This document shows positions 36,699 to 45,137 of a stretch of 64,000 nucleotides of DNA, piece after piece; position 1 is the stretch's first letter, and each line of letters opens with the position of its first letter. The notes beneath the pieces were generated by a model. The model ran no database searches. It worked only from the letters and a program-made list of their open reading frames with translations, and was not told the origin of the DNA. Position numbers and translations under genes: made by a program. Source of the stretch: an uncultured Bacilli bacterium (GTDB lineage: Bacteria > Bacillota_I > Bacilli_A > RF39 > UBA660); NCBI GenBank assembly GCA_944359725.1, contig CALVSY010000007.1:130-64129 (forward strand), written 5' to 3'.

Positions 36699-37346
36699 AT
36701 GAAAAAGAAAAACTTTATAAAAGAAATGAATTTAAAAGATGTTAGAAAATATAAAAAGCCCCAAATGATTTTATTATCAGGATATCCTGGAACGGGTAAA
36801 ACTTATTTAGCTAAGGCGCTATCTAGAAAGTATAAGTTTTTCTTACTTAGTAATGATTATATTAGAAATTATTTTCATATTCATAAAGATGAAATAAAAA
36901 ATGAGACTTTAATTCCATCTATGGCTTTGAAGATTAATAAATTAAGATTATTAAAACTTTTATTAAGAAGAAAATCATTTGTTTTAGATATAGATGTAAA
37001 TAGCATTTATGAGTTAAGAAAATTTAAGATGCTTAGCACGTTATTTTTATATGATTTAACGATAATTTCTTTAGAGTCAACAGATGAGCAAAGCATTGAA
37101 AGAATAGGAAAAAGAGTAATGGATTTTAGTATTAAAGATAATAGCGTAGTAGGAGATAACGTTTGTTATTCTTCACCGTTTCCAGCTTCTTGCTACTATG
37201 ACATAAAAAGAAGAAAACCAAGGTTCATAGATGATTCTATCTTTGACTATAAAATTAAAAATTATGGCTCATTAGAAGATTTTAACATGAATATAGATAA
37301 AGTTTTAGAAGATTATGATTTAAAAATAAAAAGACTTATAAAATAG
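36699..37346 (+). CDS. Small P-loop NTPase/kinase-like protein
   Basis: Walker A LLSGYPGTGKTYLAK and a Walker B-like FVLDID. Confidence 0.5.
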   Translation: MKKKNFIKEMNLKDVRKYKKPQMILLSGYPGTGKTYLAKALSRKYKFFLLSNDYIRNYFHIHKDEIKNETLIPSMALKINKLRLLKLLLRRKSFVLDIDVNSIYELRKFKMLSTLFLYDLTIISLESTDEQSIERIGKRVMDFSIKDNSVVGDNVCYSSPFPASCYYDIKRRKPRFIDDSIFDYKIKNYGSLEDFNMNIDKVLEDYDLKIKRLIK

Positions 37347-37425
37347 GCTTGGATAAAAGCATAAAATTGATATAATTACGTTTTTTTGTTATTATAATAA
37401 ACGATTTTAAAGGGGGAAAAATGAA

Positions 37426-38085
37426 ATGAAAAATAATGATATGTTAAAAAAGATGAAAAAGAGCGTTTGCGTTCTTCTAGCAACTACGTTTATTGGAGCA
37501 TATGCAACTCCAGTATTTGCAAATGAAAATGATACTGTAAGAAAAGATGGCTATGAATATTATTCGCTAGAGGATGCTAAAGAGGCTGTTGCAATTGCAG
37601 AAGTTAATCCTTCTTTTGAAGGTGAAAAAGTATTAATTGGAGAAAACAAATTAAAAGGTTATAAGGTAGGATGCTATGTAACTGTTAATGGTCGTGGTAA
37701 TGAGGCATCTGATGGATCTGGTTTAATGGGCCGTAATTGGGAAAACGAAAAAATGTTGATTGTTGGTGTAAGGGAAAATAGCGAGTATCCTTATGCCTGT
37801 GCAATAGTGGATGATGATCCTAATAAAGATGACGTTATGGCTTGGTTTAAAGAAGAAAACTTAGATTATTTTAAGTTAGAAAAGAAATATACCGTTCCAC
37901 CGATCGAAACATACGTTAAAAGTAAAACTGATGAAAACGAAAAAACAAAAGAATATTTTGGTCCAACAGGTTATAAATATGATCCTAAAACTAAAATGTA
38001 TACTAAAACTGAATACATAAGTCCAGTTTATTCTGATTCTTCTGAACAAACCATTGCAAAAACTTATAAAATAAGCTTAAAGTAA
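37426..38085 (+). CDS. Secreted hypothetical protein
   Basis: Signal peptide ending ATPVFA/NE. No recognised domain. Confidence 0.5.
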   Translation: MKNNDMLKKMKKSVCVLLATTFIGAYATPVFANENDTVRKDGYEYYSLEDAKEAVAIAEVNPSFEGEKVLIGENKLKGYKVGCYVTVNGRGNEASDGSGLMGRNWENEKMLIVGVRENSEYPYACAIVDDDPNKDDVMAWFKEENLDYFKLEKKYTVPPIETYVKSKTDENEKTKEYFGPTGYKYDPKTKMYTKTEYISPVYSDSSEQTIAKTYKISLK

Positions 38086-38093
38086 TAAAAAGC

Positions 38094-38122
38094 TTTACAA
38101 ATCATAAAATTTATTGTATACT
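38094..38122 (+). promoter_or_regulatory. Putative sigmaA promoter of the infC operon
   Basis: TTTACA (38094-38099), 17-nt spacer, TATACT (38117-38122). Confidence 0.45.
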
Positions 38123-38128
38123 AAGAAA

Positions 38129-38264
38129 GTAATTTTGATATGAAGGAAAGAAGATTGTATTTATCTCACCTGATTGCAAATAGCAATGGGTTAAACGCCA
38201 GCTTATGAATAACATATAAATATGCGTTTTTTAAGGTGAATACTAATCTTGTATTCACTTTTTT
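38129..38264 (+). promoter_or_regulatory. infC-rpmI-rplT leader with attenuator (L20-leader-like)
   Basis: A ~135-nt untranslated leader ending in the terminator GTGAATAC (38236-38243) / GTATTCAC (38251-38258) plus TTTTTT, immediately before the infC SD. The position matches the Firmicute L20 autoregulatory leader. Its structure was not verified. Confidence 0.5.
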
Positions 38265-38281
38265 GATGGAGGTGCTTTAAT

Positions 38282-38806
38282 ATAGCAAAAGAAAAAGATA
38301 TGCCAATTAACGAACAAATAAGAGTAAAACAAATGCTTGTAATTGGTCCAAATGGTGAACAGTTAGGTATTAAGTCTAGGGATGAGGCGCTTACGCTTGC
38401 ATCTTATGCAGGTTTTGACCTTGTTTTAATTAATGATAAGGGTGATAATCCAGTATGTAAGTTAATGGATTATAACAAATTTAAATATGAAAAGAAAAAG
38501 AAATTAAAAGAATCTCAAAAAAGACAAAAGGAAAATAACGCCGAGACAAAAGAATATCGTCTTTCACCAAACATTGATGTTCATGACTTTAACACTAAGT
38601 TAAATAATGCAAGAAAATACTTAGAAAAGGGTCATAAAATCAAGTTATCAATCCGTTTTAGAGGACGTGAAATGCAGTTTACCGATAAGGGTAAAGAAGT
38701 ATTATTAAGATTTGCAGATGAATTAAAAGAAGTAAGTACGCTAGATGGTGAACCTACTTTAGAAGGAAGAAACATGATGGCTATGCTTAGCCCAATAAAA
38801 AAATAG
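38282..38806 (+). CDS. infC: Translation initiation factor IF-3 (probable non-AUG ATA start)
   Basis: INEQIRVKQMLVIGPNGEQLGI... is IF3. SD GGAGGTG (38268-38274) lies 7 nt before the in-frame ATA at 38282. The ATG at 38300 has no SD. Confidence 0.85.
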   Translation: MAKEKDMPINEQIRVKQMLVIGPNGEQLGIKSRDEALTLASYAGFDLVLINDKGDNPVCKLMDYNKFKYEKKKKLKESQKRQKENNAETKEYRLSPNIDVHDFNTKLNNARKYLEKGHKIKLSIRFRGREMQFTDKGKEVLLRFADELKEVSTLDGEPTLEGRNMMAMLSPIKK

Positions 38807-38817
38807 GAGGATTATTT

Positions 38818-39021
38818 ATGGCAAAGAAAACACAAAAGACTCATAAAGGTACTAAAAAAGTTTTAAACGTAAGACAAAGTGGTAGTATTACAACAGGTCA
38901 TCCAGGACACAGACATAATACTGGAAGTAAGAACGCTGCTTTTAATAGAAACAAAAGATCTAAATCAAATTTAAGTAAAGCAGATACTAACAGATTAAAA
39001 AGAATAATTGATACTTTATAA
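38818..39021 (+). CDS. rpmI: 50S ribosomal protein L35
   Basis: 67-aa basic protein between infC and rplT. SD AGGAGG. Confidence 0.9.
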   Translation: MAKKTQKTHKGTKKVLNVRQSGSITTGHPGHRHNTGSKNAAFNRNKRSKSNLSKADTNRLKRIIDTL

Positions 39022-39043
39022 TAAATTAGGGAGGAAATAAATA

Positions 39044-39607
39044 ATGGCAAGAGTAAAGAATGGTGTCGTTGTAAAACAACGTCGTAAAAAGATTTTAAAA
39101 GCTGCTAAAGGTTATTTTGGTAGTAAACATAGATTAATTAAAACTGCAAAAGAACAATTAATGCATTCACGCGTTTACGCATATAGAGATAGAAGACAAA
39201 ACAAGCGTAACTTTAGAAAATTATGGATAGTACGTATTAACGCAGCATGTCGTGAAAATGATATAAGCTATTCAAGATTTATAAATGGTCTTTCTAAAGC
39301 AGGTGTAACTGTTAACCGTAAGATGCTTGCTGAAATCGCTATTGACCAACCAAAAACATTTACTGATTTAGTTGCTATTGCAAAAGATGCATTAGAAGGT
39401 AAAATGCCTAAAGAAGCTAAAGCAGACGCTAAAAAAGAAACTGTTAAAGAAGAGAAAAAAGAAACTAAAAAAGCTCCAGCAAAGAAAGAAGAAAAACAAG
39501 ATATATCAAAATTAACCGTAGCTGAACTTAAGAAAATGGCAAAGGAAAAGGGTATTGAAGGATACACTTCTATGAAAAAAGCTGAATTATTAGAGAAACT
39601 AGCATAG
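39044..39607 (+). CDS. rplT: 50S ribosomal protein L20 with a ~70-aa C-terminal extension
   Basis: Residues 1-117 are canonical L20 ([22 protein letters not shown]...[24 protein letters not shown]). Residues 119-187 form a K/E-rich linker plus [31 protein letters not shown]. Confidence 0.9.
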   Translation: MARVKNGVVVKQRRKKILKAAKGYFGSKHRLIKTAKEQLMHSRVYAYRDRRQNKRNFRKLWIVRINAACRENDISYSRFINGLSKAGVTVNRKMLAEIAIDQPKTFTDLVAIAKDALEGKMPKEAKADAKKETVKEEKKETKKAPAKKEEKQDISKLTVAELKKMAKEKGIEGYTSMKKAELLEKLA

Positions 39608-39618
39608 TTTCTTTTTTT
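39595..39618 (+). terminator. Intrinsic terminator after rplT
   Basis: GAAACTA / TAGTTTC stem (3-nt loop) plus a T7 run. Confidence 0.55.
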
Positions 39619-39644
39619 ATTGTATAATTTATTTAGGTGGTATT

Positions 39645-40580
39645 ATGAATACTTATTTAATATATGGAAATGATTATAGTTTAATCAAAAGAGAAATAGA
39701 TAAGATAACAAAGGATATAAACGATGTTACTACGTATGATTTATCTTTAGAAAAAGTAGATAATTTGCTTAACGATGCATCAGTTATATCGATGTTTGGA
39801 GACAAAAAAGTACTAATTGGAGAAAACGCTTTATTTTTAAGTACTACATCTAGCTCTATAAATCATGATCTTGATTACTTAGAAAGGTATTTAGAAGATG
39901 ATAATCATGATAACATAGTTATATTTACTCTTAATGAAAACAAGTTAGACGAAAGAAAAAAGATAGTAAAATTACTTAAAAAACATGCAACTGTTATTCA
40001 TAAAGACGTAATTAAAGACAAAGATTTACCAGATTTTGTTAGAGATGAGTTTTCGAATAACGGTTATAAAATAGATTATAAAACGGCATCTTATTTTGTT
40101 TGGTATGCAGGATCTAACACAGACATTTTAATTAGCGAAATAAACAAGATGATGATGTATAAAGACGATGATAAGACAATAAAAATAGAAGACATAAACG
40201 AAATTACCAGTAAGAAAATTAATGATAACATATTTGATTTATCTAACGCAATAATGGATAAAGATTTTAAAAAAATGTATGAATGTTACAATGATTTAAT
40301 GACTTTAAAAGAAGAGCCTATTAAAATAATTGCAATGCTCGGTAGTTCCTTTACACTTGTTTATCAGTGTAAATTATTATATAACGATGGTAAAAGACAA
40401 AACGAAATAGCAGACATCCTAAAGGTTCATCCGTATCGTGTAAAACTTGCAATAGAAAATAATTATAAAATAAATAACATAAAAGAAATATTAAAAAAAC
40501 TTCATAATTTAGATTATGAAATAAAGTCTGGAAAAATAGACAAAACGGTTGCTTTAGATAATTTTCTTCTTCATTTATAA
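39645..40580 (+). CDS. holA: DNA polymerase III delta subunit
   Basis: 311 aa with a typical N-terminus (YLIYGNDYSLIKREIDKI) and a C-terminal helical domain ending in a KSGK segment. Confidence 0.75.
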   Translation: MNTYLIYGNDYSLIKREIDKITKDINDVTTYDLSLEKVDNLLNDASVISMFGDKKVLIGENALFLSTTSSSINHDLDYLERYLEDDNHDNIVIFTLNENKLDERKKIVKLLKKHATVIHKDVIKDKDLPDFVRDEFSNNGYKIDYKTASYFVWYAGSNTDILISEINKMMMYKDDDKTIKIEDINEITSKKINDNIFDLSNAIMDKDFKKMYECYNDLMTLKEEPIKIIAMLGSSFTLVYQCKLLYNDGKRQNEIADILKVHPYRVKLAIENNYKINNIKEILKKLHNLDYEIKSGKIDKTVALDNFLLHL

Positions 40581-40637
40581 CCTTGCTCTTTACTTTTAAT
40601 TATGTTAATATTGTATTATAAACAAGGAGGCTTAATA

Positions 40638-40739
40638 ATGGATAACTTAACTGATGAGGAAAAGAAAAAAATAATAATAAAAGTTGTGCTTTGCATTCTT
40701 GCGTTAATCTCGGTAATAATAGTTGGAATATTAATGTAA
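40638..40739 (+). CDS. 33-aa single-TM peptide
   Basis: AAGGAGG at 40624-40630, ATG 40638. Product MDNLTDEEKKKIIIKVVLCILALISVIIVGILM. A terminator follows. Confidence 0.4.
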   Translation: MDNLTDEEKKKIIIKVVLCILALISVIIVGILM

Positions 40740-40743
40740 TTAA

Positions 40744-40774
40744 AAAAGTTTTAGAAATTGATCTAAAACTTTTT
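40744..40774. terminator. Bidirectional terminator
   Basis: AAAAGTTTTAGA / TCTAAAACTTTT, perfect 12 bp, with A/T runs on both sides. Confidence 0.65.
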
Positions 40775-40780
40775 TGTTTT

Positions 40781-41593
40781 TTATAAGAATAAAATAACTA
40801 ATATACCGGCGATAAGGCAGTATAATGAAAAGTATCCTAATTTTCCTTTTTTCATTACGTTTATAAACCATTTAGCACTAAAGTAAGTAACGATCATACT
40901 AGCAATCATTCCAAGGGTATATGGAAGAGCTAGGGTGGATAAATTACTTGCGCCAGCTAAGTCTTTAACTCCTAAAATCATTGTTGCAACACTTATTGGT
41001 AAGTAAAGCATAAAAGAGTAGTTAACGGCTGTTTCTCTTTTCATATTACGGCTTGTTGCACCAACGATTGTTGCACCACTTCTTGATATTCCAGGGAAAA
41101 GGGCAATAACTTGGAAGAAACCAACTATGATACTATCAAGAATGCTTATATCTTTTTTATCTTTTTTACCTTTAGCATCTTTAATTAAAAACAATGCTAA
41201 ACACGTTATTAAAAGTGCGATTCCAATTAATTTTATGTTACCTGATAAAGCTTCTATCTTATCTTTAAACAAAAGACCAAATATGCCCGCAGGAATAGTT
41301 GCTAACACAATTAACCAAGCATATTTATAATTTTCTTTATATCGTTCTTCTTTTGTCTTAATAAAGTTAAAAAAGTCAGTTATTATTTTAAATATTTCTT
41401 TTCTATATAAGAAAAATATCGCTATAAAAGAGCCAAAATTAACAACTATTTCAAAGTTCATATCATTTAACATGTCAAAGTTAAATAATTCTTTCATTAT
41501 CATTAAATGTCCACTTGATGAAACTGGTATTGGTTCGGTAAAACCTTGCACGATTCCTAAAAACACATATTGTAAAATTTTTATAATATTCAT
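40781..41593 (-). CDS. uppP: Undecaprenyl-diphosphate phosphatase
   Basis: GFTEPIPVSSSGHL and PGISRSGATI motifs. GGAGG lies 5 nt upstream of the ATG at 41593 (the track start at 41605 is a TTG inside the SD). Confidence 0.9.
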   Translation of the reverse strand: MNIIKILQYVFLGIVQGFTEPIPVSSSGHLMIMKELFNFDMLNDMNFEIVVNFGSFIAIFFLYRKEIFKIITDFFNFIKTKEERYKENYKYAWLIVLATIPAGIFGLLFKDKIEALSGNIKLIGIALLITCLALFLIKDAKGKKDKKDISILDSIIVGFFQVIALFPGISRSGATIVGATSRNMKRETAVNYSFMLYLPISVATMILGVKDLAGASNLSTLALPYTLGMIASMIVTYFSAKWFINVMKKGKLGYFSLYCLIAGILVILFL

Positions 41594-41667
41594 TTTATCC
41601 TCCAATCATATATTACATTATATACTAAATTTAATCTAAAATAAATATTATTTAATAGGAGATTAAA

Positions 41668-41889
41668 ATGTTAGGAAAAATATTTTTATTTTTAAGTGGA
41701 TTTGGACTTATGGTACTTGGTTTTTCGACCATTATTTTATACATAAACTTATTTAGTTTTGGGTATAATTTAAAAGAATATATATCTTATATAATAAAAT
41801 TACCAGAATTTTATTATCTTATAATAGGATTTATATTAATTAACTTTGCAATCTTTAAAAAAGGAGACAAAAATGAGGGACGTATATGA
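41668..41889 (+). CDS. Small membrane protein (73 aa)
   Basis: Two or three hydrophobic helices. SD AGGAGA. Confidence 0.45.
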   Translation: MLGKIFLFLSGFGLMVLGFSTIILYINLFSFGYNLKEYISYIIKLPEFYYLIIGFILINFAIFKKGDKNEGRI

Positions 41890-42511
41890 TATTTTAGTTA
41901 ATTTTAAAAAATACCCATATGAATTTTATGAATGGGAAAAAGAAGATGATATAATTCATATAAAAAAAATACCGGCAGTAAAAACAGATGATAAAACGCT
42001 TTTTGATATCATGAATTATCAAACCAAGATGAAAGATGAAATATTAAGTGACGTAGAGTATAAAACAGAAGTTTTTAAAAGTCATAGGGTAATTAAAGTT
42101 AAATACTCTTTTATTATTTATAATGATGACATTGCACTAGCTTTATTATTAGATGATGATGGTGTGGTAATTAAAAAAAGTAGGCTATTATTTGATGAAG
42201 AAGATGATGTTATAAAAAGAGGATTTTCTTTAGATGCTTTAAAAATAAAATACGAAGTAACTTCTTTTGAAACAAGCAATTTAAAATGTACTAGAAAAGA
42301 AAATAAAATAATTGACCTACTTTTAAAATACGTTAATAACATTTATAATAACGAAAATGAAGATGAGTTAAAATACGTTTATTTTGAATGCTTTGATAAA
42401 GAAGAAAAAAGTGCTAAAAATGCGTATGATAATTTAATATCAAGTATAATGAATGCTGATTTTAACATTATTAATAAATTGAAAAACTTAGTAAAAGTTC
42501 TAAAAAAATAG
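41873..42511 (+). CDS. UPF0736/YjbA-like protein
   Basis: The N-terminus RDVYDILVNFKKYPYEFYEWEKEDDIIHIKKIPAVK resembles my recollection of B. subtilis YjbA (HDVWVNWFEG...[21 protein letters not shown]). AAGGAG at 41861-41866, ATG 41873. Confidence 0.4.
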   Translation: MRDVYDILVNFKKYPYEFYEWEKEDDIIHIKKIPAVKTDDKTLFDIMNYQTKMKDEILSDVEYKTEVFKSHRVIKVKYSFIIYNDDIALALLLDDDGVVIKKSRLLFDEEDDVIKRGFSLDALKIKYEVTSFETSNLKCTRKENKIIDLLLKYVNNIYNNENEDELKYVYFECFDKEEKSAKNAYDNLISSIMNADFNIINKLKNLVKVLKK

Positions 42512-42560
42512 TATAAAACGTATCTTCCTTGACAAATTAATAAAAGAAGGAGGAAATATA

Positions 42561-43109
42561 ATGAAAAACATATTCAAAAAAATATTAGTTGTAATATGTG
42601 CGGCTTTACTTTTTACTGGATGTAGTTGTTCTATCGATGATAACAAACCTGAAGAAGCGATTGAGACGTTTTTCGAAAAATATAGAGCTAAAGATGATAA
42701 CATCATAGAACAGTTAAAGGAAACAATTGAAAATGAAGATTTAACTGATAATCAAAAAGAACAATATCAAGAATTAATGGAAAAACAGTATGATCAGTTT
42801 GCTTACGTAATTAAAGATGTAAAAGAAAATGAAAACGACGCAACCGCAACCGTTGAGGTAACCGTACTAAACTATCGAAGCGCAATAGATGAAGCAGAAA
42901 AAGAATTAGAAGAAAATCCAGATAAGTTTAATGATGATGAAGGTAACTTCTCAGAAGAAAAATACATGGATTATAGAATCGAAAAAATGCAAGAAGTAAC
43001 CGATACAACAACTCATACGATTGAGCTTTCATTAACAAAAGAAAATGGTATGTGGGATGTTGACCAGTTATCATCTGATGATATATCTAAATTACATGGA
43101 TTATATTAA
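42561..43109 (+). CDS. Lipoprotein (182 aa)
   Basis: Signal peptide plus lipobox LFTGC. Confidence 0.6.
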   Translation: MKNIFKKILVVICAALLFTGCSCSIDDNKPEEAIETFFEKYRAKDDNIIEQLKETIENEDLTDNQKEQYQELMEKQYDQFAYVIKDVKENENDATATVEVTVLNYRSAIDEAEKELEENPDKFNDDEGNFSEEKYMDYRIEKMQEVTDTTTHTIELSLTKENGMWDVDQLSSDDISKLHGLY

Positions 43110-43111
43110 AA

Positions 43112-43141
43112 ATTAAGAACTAAAACTTCTTAATTTTTTTT
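43112..43141 (+). terminator. Intrinsic terminator
   Basis: ATTAAGAA / TTCTTAAT stem plus a T-run. Confidence 0.6.
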
Positions 43142-43151
43142 AATAATTTTA

Positions 43152-43178
43152 TTAGCACTTATTGCTTGACAGTGCTAA
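43152..43178. promoter_or_regulatory. CIRCE-like inverted repeat (HrcA operator) upstream of htpG
   Basis: TTAGCACTT-N9-CAGTGCTAA versus consensus TTAGCACTC-N9-GAGTGCTAA (8/9 per arm). Confidence 0.6.
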
Positions 43179-43194
43179 ATGTTGGTACTATAAT
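43166..43194 (+). promoter_or_regulatory. Putative sigmaA promoter of htpG
   Basis: TTGACA (43166-43171, inside the CIRCE spacer and right arm), 17-nt spacer, TATAAT (43189-43194). Confidence 0.55.
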
Positions 43195-43225
43195 CATATT
43201 AGTAAATATAAGGAGATGAATTAAT

Positions 43226-45085
43226 ATGTCTAAAAGACAATTCAAAGCAGAATCTAAAAAATTACTAGATTTAATGGTAAATTCCATTTACACTAACAAG
43301 GATATTTTTTTAAGAGAGTTAATATCAAACGCTAATGATGCACTAGACAAACTTTATTATGAATCATTAACAAATAAAAAATTAAAGGTAGATAAAAAGA
43401 AATTAAAAATAACACTTGATGTTGATAAGGATAAAAGATTATTTATCATAGAAGATAATGGTATTGGTATGGATAAAGATGAACTAGCTGAAAACTTAGG
43501 TACCATTGCAAAAAGTGGTTCTTTAGCTTTTAAAGAAGCACTAGAGAAAAAAGATAAAGTAAACATAATAGGACAATTTGGTGTTGGTTTTTACTCATCA
43601 TTTATGGTAGCGGATAAAGTTATCGTAGAAAGTAAAAAAGCAGGTGATGATGACGCTTATAAATGGGCATCAGAAGGAGCAGACGGTTACGAGATCACAA
43701 AGTCTGATAAGGATACCTTTGGAACCAAGATAACTTTACACATAAAAGAAAAAACAAAAGATGATGACTTTGATAAATACTTAGATGATTTCCACGTAAG
43801 AGCACTTGTTAAAAAGTATTCAGATTACGTAAGTTATCCTATAACGATATATACTTATGATGAGGATAAAAAAGAAAAGAAAGAATCAGATCCAATAAAC
43901 AGTATGATTCCTTTATGGAAGAAGAATAAAAAGAAAGTAAAAGAAGAGGACTATAATAATTTTTATCAAGAAAAATTCTTTGATTATGCAAAACCATTAA
44001 AAGTTATCCATACTAAAGCTGAAGGATTAGTAAGCTATGACGCACTTTTATTTATTCCTGCTAATCCTCCATTTGACTTTTACACAAAAGAGTATAAAAA
44101 AGGTCTTGAGTTATACTCAAATGGTGTATTAATAATGGATAAATGCGAAGATCTTCTTCCTGATTACTTAAACTTCGTAAAAGGTGTTGTAGATTCACCA
44201 GACTTATCACTTAATATTTCAAGGGAGATCTTACAGCAAAGTAAGCAGCTAAAACTAATAGCTAAAAATATCGAAAAGAAAGTATTAAAAGAATTAACTG
44301 ACATGCTAGAAAACGAAAGAGATAAATATGAAGAGTTCTTTAAGACGTTTGGTGTTAACATAAAATATGGTGTTTACGATAATTATGGCGCTAAAAAAGA
44401 AGATTTAAAAGATCTAATTATCTTTTACTCATCAAAAGAAAAGAAAAACGTAACATTAAAAGAATACGTATCAAGAATGGATAAGGATGATGATACGATT
44501 TACTATGCATGTGGTGAGACAATAGATAAAATAGATATGTTACCACAAGTAGAAGAATTAAAAGAAAAGAAAAAAGAAGTTTTATACCTAACTGATTACG
44601 TTGATGAGTTCGTCCTTAAGATGCTTGATAAATATGAAGATAAAAAGTTTGTTAACATCTCATCAAACGACTTTGACTTATCAAGTGAAGAAGAAAAAGA
44701 AGCATTAAAGAAAAAGAACGAAAACGCAAAAGACATGTTTGATTACATGAAAAAAGAATTAGGTAATGAAGTATCACAAATAAGGTTTACTAACAAACTA
44801 AAAAAACATCCATTATGTTTAACTAGCGAAGGAAACATAACGGCCCAAATGCAAAAAGTAATTAATGCTATGCCAACAGATGAACATATCGATGCTAAGT
44901 TAGTACTTGAAATAAACGAAGACCATCCAATCGCTAAGAAAATAGAAGAGTTATACAATAGTGATAAAGAAACACTTAAAAAATACACAAAAATACTTTA
45001 TGATGAGGCAAGATTAATTGAAGGTTTACCTGTTGAAAACCCAACCGAGTTAAGTAATTTAGTATGTGAGTTCTTATCTAAATAA
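43226..45085 (+). CDS. htpG: Chaperone HtpG (Hsp90)
   Basis: ELISNANDALDKL and GQFGVGFYS motifs. 619 aa. Confidence 0.95.
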   Translation: MSKRQFKAESKKLLDLMVNSIYTNKDIFLRELISNANDALDKLYYESLTNKKLKVDKKKLKITLDVDKDKRLFIIEDNGIGMDKDELAENLGTIAKSGSLAFKEALEKKDKVNIIGQFGVGFYSSFMVADKVIVESKKAGDDDAYKWASEGADGYEITKSDKDTFGTKITLHIKEKTKDDDFDKYLDDFHVRALVKKYSDYVSYPITIYTYDEDKKEKKESDPINSMIPLWKKNKKKVKEEDYNNFYQEKFFDYAKPLKVIHTKAEGLVSYDALLFIPANPPFDFYTKEYKKGLELYSNGVLIMDKCEDLLPDYLNFVKGVVDSPDLSLNISREILQQSKQLKLIAKNIEKKVLKELTDMLENERDKYEEFFKTFGVNIKYGVYDNYGAKKEDLKDLIIFYSSKEKKNVTLKEYVSRMDKDDDTIYYACGETIDKIDMLPQVEELKEKKKEVLYLTDYVDEFVLKMLDKYEDKKFVNISSNDFDLSSEEEKEALKKKNENAKDMFDYMKKELGNEVSQIRFTNKLKKHPLCLTSEGNITAQMQKVINAMPTDEHIDAKLVLEINEDHPIAKKIEELYNSDKETLKKYTKILYDEARLIEGLPVENPTELSNLVCEFLSK

Positions 45086-45112
45086 AAAGGCAAATATTTA
45101 ATGCCTTTTTTT
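45086..45112 (+). terminator. Intrinsic terminator after htpG
   Basis: AAAGGCA / TGCCTTT stem plus a T-run. Confidence 0.55.
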
Positions 45113-45137
45113 CATACAATTATTTAGGTGATAAACT

